Positions 55,267 through 64,000 of a DNA stretch of 64,000 nucleotides are shown in pieces; within the stretch, counting starts at the first letter, position 1, and the number at the start of each line of letters is the position of its first letter. The notes beneath the pieces are model-generated. The model searched no databases. It was not told the origin of the DNA and saw only the letters and a list, made by a program, of their open reading frames with translations. The stretch is taken from assembly GCF_009914755.1 (NCBI RefSeq), contig NC_060948.1, one strand, 5' to 3'. This DNA is from the human T2T-CHM13v2.0 reference genome, Homo sapiens. Both the position numbers and the translations under genes were made by a program.

Positions 55267-58200
55267 TCAATTTCCTTTTCAATCAGATTATGGGTTGAAA
55301 AGTGTCTATAAACGCATGGTGTAATCATAAAGCCTTGTATTCTGTGATTGGGACCACAGTCTAAAAGTGATATCCAGAAATCCAGAATATAGAAGGCTGA
55401 GGAAAAAAACCAGCTGCTACTTCAAAAGGTAATACTTAGTTACATTAAGAAAACTATGCCTGAAGATGACATTTTCACAGATTTAATATGTGAATTTGGA
55501 AAAATTGAACATATAATTCTGAGATGATTGGCTTTTTATTGACATCAAATTACTGTTTTTTAAAAACAATCGTGTACATTTTTAATTCTAATTTTTCTGC
55601 ACTTAAGAAATATGCATCAGTAATTGTTAGTATATTAGCTCCATTAGCTACAGAAGAAATTCCAAAATAATTGAATAATGCCATCTAGATGTTTCAAACA
55701 GAAAATTGGATTAAAAAATGGTTTGATTTTTAATCAATCATTGGAACCAAAATAAAGCTGTTGAAATATTATTGTGTCAGGAAAAAAAACATTGAACAAT
55801 ATGATACTTTTTTTAAAAAAGTTCACTTGAAAAGCTAAACATTGTGGATAACTTTTATTGGTGACAAGAAAAAGCAACTTTGGAAAAGTTTTTGCAAGTA
55901 ACTTTATTTAAAAATCAATATAAAATTAAAACAAATGCATTTTCCTAAAAAAACTACAGGTAATTATTAAGAAACAGATTAATACATATAAATATGTTCT
56001 AGAATAATTATTCTTCCTCTTATTTGTAATACTTCAATAATAAATACAAAGAAGTTATTTTTCTATTTTGCCTCAAGATATGTAATTGTGAATTTAAATT
56101 TCTGAAGGGATTTCATTTTCAGAAGTAATTGGAAGGTAACGATTTCATAGCTCCATTGATACAGTAAAAAAAAAAAATGCCTGTAAGGAAATAACATAAT
56201 AAATATTAAATAATTTTGCATATGTTGGTAACCTTTTATTCTAAAAAAAGTTTCCATTGGAACAATAAATATTTTAGTCACCCTAATTTTACTAAATATC
56301 ATTAGATAATCCTGTGATTGATGGAACCAAATTATCATTCCATACATCCTTGACTACACTTGATATTATTATTTTAATAGTTGCCAAACAAATGAACAAA
56401 AGTTGGAACGTAATGTGGTTTTGATTTATATCCCCAGATTACTAATGAGCTCAAACATCTAGCCATTTTTCATTGGTCATATGACTTTCTTCTTTTCTAA
56501 AATGTATCTATTTACCTGTCCTGCTTTCTTCTACTGGGCTAGATTGTTTATAGATTTTCTTGTGTAGTTATTTTGATTTTTTGGGGCGCTGGTAATTTTA
56601 TGTATATTTTTCTTAGTGATTTTCTGGAGTTTTATAAACCCCCAAGATAATTTTTAGAATTTATGATCTGAAGATTTTCAAAAAGCTAACTCAGAAGTCA
56701 TTTGTGGCCATAATGCTAACTTCTAATGGAAAAAAATAATTTTGCCACTTTAGCAAAACATACTTTAAAGATACTAATTAGAAAGCACTGAAGTGCTCAA
56801 TTCTATCTTTTTAATAAAATTTGCATTTAAATAGTCATTTCAACAAAATCTTTTCCCCTACAATAAGAACCAATTATTAAATGTTGATTACGTATCTCCT
56901 GCATGGTTTTCTAAATATTTCACAATTGTCATTTTGGTAACAATCACTTAGCATACTTGTTAGAATTGCTGGCTCTCCAGGTCTCATTTCAAATGATTGA
57001 ACAAGGATTTTGAACCAAATAATGAGAAATATTTGAATATATATTTTATGACCCATGTAATTATTTGGGGATATTTGTGAAACTCTGGTCTGACACTTAA
57101 GATAAAGTAAAACATCAACAACAACAACAACAACAGCAACAGAAAGAAAACACACAAAGAACATCAAGTCAGGAGTCAGGAATAAATACCTTATCTTTTC
57201 CTCACTCCTGCCTTCTCAAGTCATATGCCCCTGTCTTCTTTCTCATTCTTGATAAATACTACTCCATCTATCTAGCACTTCACAGGAGTAATTAACCTGT
57301 TAATTTGCAATTTAGCAAAAAGCAAGAAACCTACTTCTGAACATTTTCTTTAGGAACATGGTTCTAGCTATACACTGTGTGTCAGGTAATGCTATGGATA
57401 GCCATAAAATAGCAGTATTTAACAAAAATATTTGACCACGGTGGCAAAATTAGCTTTTCTAAATGATCCACTGCTACTAAGATTACCTTGATATTTTGGA
57501 GACTGTACTGACATTTTGAATTTCACATATTCATGGGAGATTGGAAAGTGTCTTCAGATATCAGCGTCTATAATGTTAATACTTGTATTAACTTCCACAT
57601 TTTTCTGTGTTAAAGCAGGTGTGCAGTATTGGATGAACAGGTATGCCACTGAAGCATAGCTGTGATTAAAATTTTATACGTTTTCATGAAATTGCACATG
57701 ACAACATCTCCACAGAAAATTTAGATTTTTGGCTCACCTGGGAGATGTTCAAGAAAAGGACATTTTATATTCTTAATGATTTCCCAGCTGGTTCTTAAAG
57801 CGAGGTAGCACAATACTGTGGAAAGAGGCAGTTCTGTCATCTGACATTAGACTTTAATATATGCTAAATATTTTGAGGCCCAAATTTCAGATGTATGAAG
57901 TGGGGTCTAAAATATCTAGCAACTGTGTGTGTAGTTATAAAGATCATATAATAATAATTGACTCTGTTGGCCTGGTACTTTTCTGTAAAACAAAGACATC
58001 ATTTAACTATTTAACTTTGTTACTTAGTATAGCTTCATTTGGGCATTTTTAAGGAATATTTATATTGTGATAAAGAAAACAGTTAATACTGGCAGAGAAT
58101 GGTACTTACTCCAACATTGACTTTGCAGAGCTCCAGCTGTTCTGTAAAGAAACTGACGTGAATTGCAAAGAAAAAAAATAGTGGATGATTGAAGGTTGTT

Positions 58201-58442
58201 TAGGGGCCAGTCTTTATTTACTAAGACTATGTAATTTTCGGAGAGGACACACAACCTGTGAAGTGTTGGGCGTGAAGGATGAAGACTCATCAAGAAGAGG
58301 CTGCCTCAAGGATCATCCTCTACATTTCTAGCTTGAAATACAAGGTATATAGTGCTGTGAATTTCTGAAATAGTGGAATACTGTAGGGGGAAACATGTTT
58401 GGAGGATGAAATATAATATAATTAAAATAATCCCTACTAACC

Positions 58443-58560
58443 AGTAGAGATGGGTTTCACCATGTTGGCCAGGATTGTCTCAATCTCTTGACCTAGTGAT
58501 CTGCCCAACTCGGCCTCCCAAAGTCCTGGGATTACAGGCGTGAGCCTCCACACTCAGCTA
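58443..58560 (-). mobile_element. Alu left-arm fragment
   Basis: 'agtagagatgggtttcaccatgttggccagg...ggattacaggcgtgagcc'. Confidence 0.85.
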
Positions 58561-58945
58561 AAATTTTCATTTTTTATTAAAGCCTTTTGAACATTATTAA
58601 CAGTATTTTTCTGATATTATAAACTATTCTCTAATATTTTCTTCTAGCAATTTGGCAGCTTTGGTTTTTACATGTATTTTTAAAATCATAGTCCATTTAC
58701 TCTTGTGCATACTGTGATGAAAAGATTTACTTTTATATGTCTTTAACAAATGTGTTTAGTCCATTTTGCCTTCAATTTTTTTCTTAGGATATTATTGAAT
58801 AGTGCATCACTTCAGCATTGCTTAGACTGCAACTTCTGTCATAATAGTGTATTTACTTCTGGGTTACTTCTATTTGCAATAGATTTCCATACTACAATAT
58901 TTAGAAACAGCTGTATGAAAGTGGTCCCTATTAAACAGAGTCCTC

Positions 58946-59240
<295 letters not shown>

Positions 59241-61469
59241 AGTCCTCTTTTCCATCTTCCTCTTCAACATCATTGTTCTCCCACACTTACTACAAATTTG
59301 CCCAGATGAGTCCCATCCCTTTTCAATTCTGTATTTAGAATCAGCTTGTCAATGTACATGAAGCATCTTGCTGTAACTTTTATTATGATTGCCTGAATTT
59401 TTGTATTAATATAGAAAGGCACGTCTTATCATGTGAAGATTTTTTAACAATTGCCTGGCCACCTTTTTATGTATATTTTGGCTTTCATTTATTATGCCCT
59501 TCAATAAAATTTAGTACCTCTCTTTGAAAATTGTTGTGTTTTTTTAAATGTTTATTTTTATATGGCTCATAATTTTGTTCTCATAAACTCTATCAATTGT
59601 AATTAAATTCTAATCATATTGTTTAGAATTTTAGGCACAACTTACCTATATGCTTAATTACTCGTTGTTAGTGTTATTGTTTATATTGTTATTGCTAGCT
59701 TAGGGATATGCTCTTCTTTATTAATTTGTCTACTCACCTTCTTGAATTTTCCCTTTTGTGTGAATTTCCTTTTTACTGAAACTTAACCTTAAGAAATTAT
59801 TTCAGCAAACAAATTGTTTGTACTACATCCTTTCAAGTTTTATATATCATGAAGTATCTTTATTTCACAATCACATTTTAATGATAGTTTTTTAAAAATA
59901 TATATATTATTTTAGATCATGGCTTGAAAAACCCCTGCTGCTTTATTTTTAATTGTTGCTTTTTAGAAACTTCTTGCTAGTGTAAATGCCATTCACATAT
60001 AGGAAATTTGTCATTATTTCTAGTACCCCTTAAGATAATTTCATTGCGTTTGGTATCTGTTTAGGGTGTTTTCTCTTTGTTTGTTTTGGGGGAGAACAAT
60101 AAATTTCTACTCTCTGAGCAAGTTTTTTAAGTATACAGTACAGTATTGGTAATCGTAGTCACCATAGGGGAATGTTTGCATCAGCTATCAGTGAAGTTCC
60201 AGCTGTCAAGACTTGTTGCGGATAATGAGTTTCCCTCTCCAGATGTCTCAGATCTATAATGGTATAGCTTACTTCTCCCAGCATTTAAAAACTTTTATTC
60301 AAAAAACAATAGTTGCTGCAAATGTGGAACCTTTGCACTCTGCCTGATGTCTACAAATATTTATTATCTTGCACTCAATCTGAATGTTCTATATCAGACC
60401 TATTATCTAATTTTCACTACCACTGTCATAGCTTGTGACTGAGGATCAGTGCAGGGACAAGCAGTGGCCCTCCTCGCACTCCCGGCCCAATGTATTACAT
60501 ATAAAGTAAGTGAAAACAGTGTGCTTACTTTGCAGATACTGCTTTAAGACATATCTCTAAGCATCTTGTCTATATTCACTTAAGTTTAGCCCTCATGGAT
60601 ATCCCAATGACATTGTGCTGACTTATTCTCTACTTCTGTTTAAAAAAAAAAAGTTTACTTCATTTTTGTTAGTTTTTATTCTGCCTGTATTTATTCTTCA
60701 TTTTTAAAGAGAAGAACATGACACAAGACTGAAATATTTTATGCAATCTACATAGAATTAACCCTGTATGTCACTTAGAAAGCCTGTGTGTGTGTAGAAC
60801 AATTTGAGTTGTGTGTTCCTTTTAATTATTTTGCCACTGTGTCAATAGGTAGAACTTGTGTTCTTCTCCATTAGTTAACAAAAATAATGTGTGGGTATGG
60901 TTGTGTGACTTTAAAACTCAAAACAAGTTTATTTGATTATAAAACATTCAATTTTGTGAAATCAGACATAGATTTAAAAAATATCTTTAAATCAATTTAA
61001 AGTCATCTAACTTCTTTTAAATTCAATTAAGTACCTCTTTTTGTTTGTTTTTTGATGGTCTCATATCTTGCTCCATGTCATTTTCTCAGAGAAAATTAGT
61101 AACACAACATCAGCTTTACCAATTCAAAATTTTCAGTGCCTTACCTCCGCTTGATCTTAAAGTCTTAGCTGATTTTATTGGTAGACTACACCATCTTTAT
61201 TTCAACTAAGTTCTCGAAGATTTCAAAACTGAGGGGTTAAATAAATTACTTATCACCTATTTCTGTGAACTACTCCTACTCAGGGTGCTGGAGATGATAC
61301 CATTTCATGGTCTTAAGTTTCAAATCAAAGACAAACTAAATCAGATTGAATTATTCACTGCTTTTCCTGGGCCACCTGATATTATGGTCCAATCAGGAAC
61401 ATTTTAAAGCCTGTATGTTAGGTCAAAAAAAGCACAAGGCATGGTTCAATTGGACTCCTAATTTAAAAT

Positions 61470-61672
61470 GAGGAAAGGAGAAGGGAAGGAAAGAAGGAAG
61501 GAAAGAAAGAAGGAGGGAAGGAAGGAAGGAAGGAAGGAAGGAAGGAAGGAAGGAAGGAGGAAGAAGAAAGGAAGGAGGAAGGAAGACAGAAGGAAGGAAG
61601 GGAGAGAGGAAGGAAGAAGGAAGAAAGGGAGGGAGGAAGGAAGGAAGAAAGGAAAAAGGAAGGAAGGAAAGG
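61470..61672 (+). repeat. Polypurine (GGAA)n-type microsatellite
   Basis: About 200 bp almost purely G/A, built on 'aagg' units. Confidence 0.95.
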
Positions 61673-64000
61673 GGCCAGCAAAAAGCTAAAGATAACTTAG
61701 AGCTTGTAATCATCATGAACTCTGTTACTATATTATTTCATTAAATAAGAAAGCCAAAATTTGTGCTACGCAGGAAGTGTAAATGGAAGTGGATCTCTGT
61801 TATCTGTATATTATTTGTAGGTTCTGGCTTCAACTGAACCAGTCAAACCCAACTTGCACCGTTTGGCATGACCTGGTCATGCTCCTACAGCTTTTTAAAC
61901 ATGGTTCATTTTTTCTGTTTATGGCTTTATTTCTTCAGTGACTTCCAGATAGTCTTATTAACTTTCAGTCCCTTATTCACTCTCAGCCTCTCAGTTTATT
62001 ATTTCTATGTGTTTTTTTTTTTTTTTTTAACTTTGTATTTTAGGAAAGACCCCAGTGGCACACATCTCCTTTAGTTTTACTCTGGCACTAAAGTTGATGT
62101 AGGGCCATCAATCCTCTGTCTTTAGAATTATACATAAACTATGATTTACACCCAGTTTGTCATAAAAAATTGTATACATTTTCATTCAACCTCTCTTTCC
62201 ACTTCGCTAATTCACCTTCTTGTCTTCTGAATGCTTTTCCAATTGGACCTTGCCAGCCACCTCCCCTTTCTAGGAAGAACTTCCTTTTTTCAACAATGTA
62301 AATGAGACTGCTTTTCTAACAGCAGTGATGGCTCTAATTGAACTTCATAAATCTTTACAAAATTACAACTCATAAATCTTTACAAAATTACAATTGCCAT
62401 CAGTGAGGTACCACTGAAACTATTTTTGTCAAAATAAATCTTGGCATTGGATGGGCAGAGATGTGGGGATGGACTTTTCCAAAGGAATACCATCACTTTG
62501 TTTCAGTGTTTAGAATACACTTTTTTGGCGGGGGGAGGTGGGTAGAAGGGAATAACTGTGCCTTCAATGAGTTGGAATAAAACAAACCATCATCATTTCA
62601 ATCTATAATTATAAGAACTTCAGAACAACCGGTAACCTGAGTTTAAACTATAGTATCAGTTCACAAAATTCCGCCTTTTGATAATATAGCGTATTTCCCA
62701 AGAGGAACACTCTTTAGTCAGATGGGTCGTGTATTTACAAGTGGCTTTGGAGACTTGTGATTTTACACCAGCACCTACTGTAACTAGAGTAGAGTTACTG
62801 GTTTCCTAGCTTTGTGTCTCTCTATATGTCAACAGGGGGAAAAAGACTTAAATAATCAAAACTGATGACTCTAGAGGGAATCCCTCTAATGCCTCGGCTG
62901 TTATTAAGGCACCCTGAGGGGAACACTTTAATGGCTCTTGACCATGGCCCTTCTTTCCTGGCCAATCTGCCCCCTGGATCTTCTGTAAGACCAGTATAGC
63001 CTCTGTTAACTTTAACTCAGCAGCAAGGCACCTTTTTCTGGCTCCATAGTGCCTACTTAAAACAAAACAAAACAAAACAAAAACAGAAAATGCATATCTT
63101 GAATATTGTCAAATAAGGCCTCAGTTAAAACAGAAGACAGAAATTTCAGACCAATTGATACATCATGTTTTAATTCAGCAGAACTGTCTTCTATTTCTTT
63201 ACAAGAAGTGATCACTTGGTAATGAGAAACCTGGAAAAGTTGTGAAAATTAATTTGCTTCTCCAAGAACATTCAATAAATCATCCTTTATAATTTTACTG
63301 AAAAGGCAGGAGAGTGATGGTCTGCATATCATCCACTATTCTCTTCACTGCAATGAGGTTAAAAGATAGCATGAACAATGACGGTTAATACTATACTTAC
63401 ATTTTAACGAAAAAGTTAAGGTTTACAATGCATTTTATTTTACCCAGAAGTGGGTAGCCATTATTCCAACTGTATTCATTTGGGTGAGTTTGAGGATTAA
63501 ATTCTTAATGTCTGGAACACAGTGTACAGTCGTATCTTATTCTCCCTGTCTTGTGGGTAGCTGATCCACAACATTTTGAAGAGTTGTGTCACAGATTCAT
63601 GGGTATAAATGTGAAATAAGTGAAAACTAGTATGTATCTTGAGTATCCCTTATTCTTGCTAGACACAATGTCACGGACGCAGTACCTCTCACAAAGTTTT
63701 ATGGATCACTTCATCACTAATAATCTATGGCAGAGTTTCAAATTACTATAACTCCTAGGAGGATTTCTACTTTGGGATTCCTGGAGCCTAGGTTTCCGTT
63801 CTTCCTACAAATTACAGGTTTCATTATTTGATGACAAATCAACTATTTAGTAGCAATATGTGCTGAATGGTTGTGTAAAGTAAAGCTAATAAGCTTTGTA
63901 GGATGGAAAGTATTTAAAAATGATTGTCAAAGGAGTCTATTTTTAACAATGGAAACAGAAACTAGCAAGTGCATATGTTGAAGGCAGTAACATGCAGAAC

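Overview
Eukaryotic, primate (human/great-ape-like) DNA that reads as an ampliconic, testis-gene part of a Y chromosome; no prokaryotic features are present. From left to right: (1) a 9-exon unprocessed pseudogene (~230-13820, +) with a very large first exon of Trp-anchored 11/22-aa repeats followed by two degenerate trypsin-like domains, which I recognise as PRSSLY; exon 1 is interrupted by an AluY and a solo LTR7. (2) A TSPY pseudogene (~15030-17390, -) head-to-head with (3) an RBMY2-type gene copy (~18170-29990, +) with one SRGY box; it is frameshifted in exon 8 but can still be spliced by hand into a 318-codon ORF ending in the last exon. (4) An Alu/L1/MaLR-rich spacer and an unidentified GC-rich block. 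(5) A second TSPY pseudogene (~40950-43800, -) next to a 5'-inverted L1; its antisense strand resembles PRORY as I remember it. (6) About 20 kb of AT-rich, repeat-rich DNA with a solo LTR1-like element and no gene I can recognise. Gene and repeat names come from recognising sequence by eye, not from a database search; exact paralog names and species cannot be determined here.
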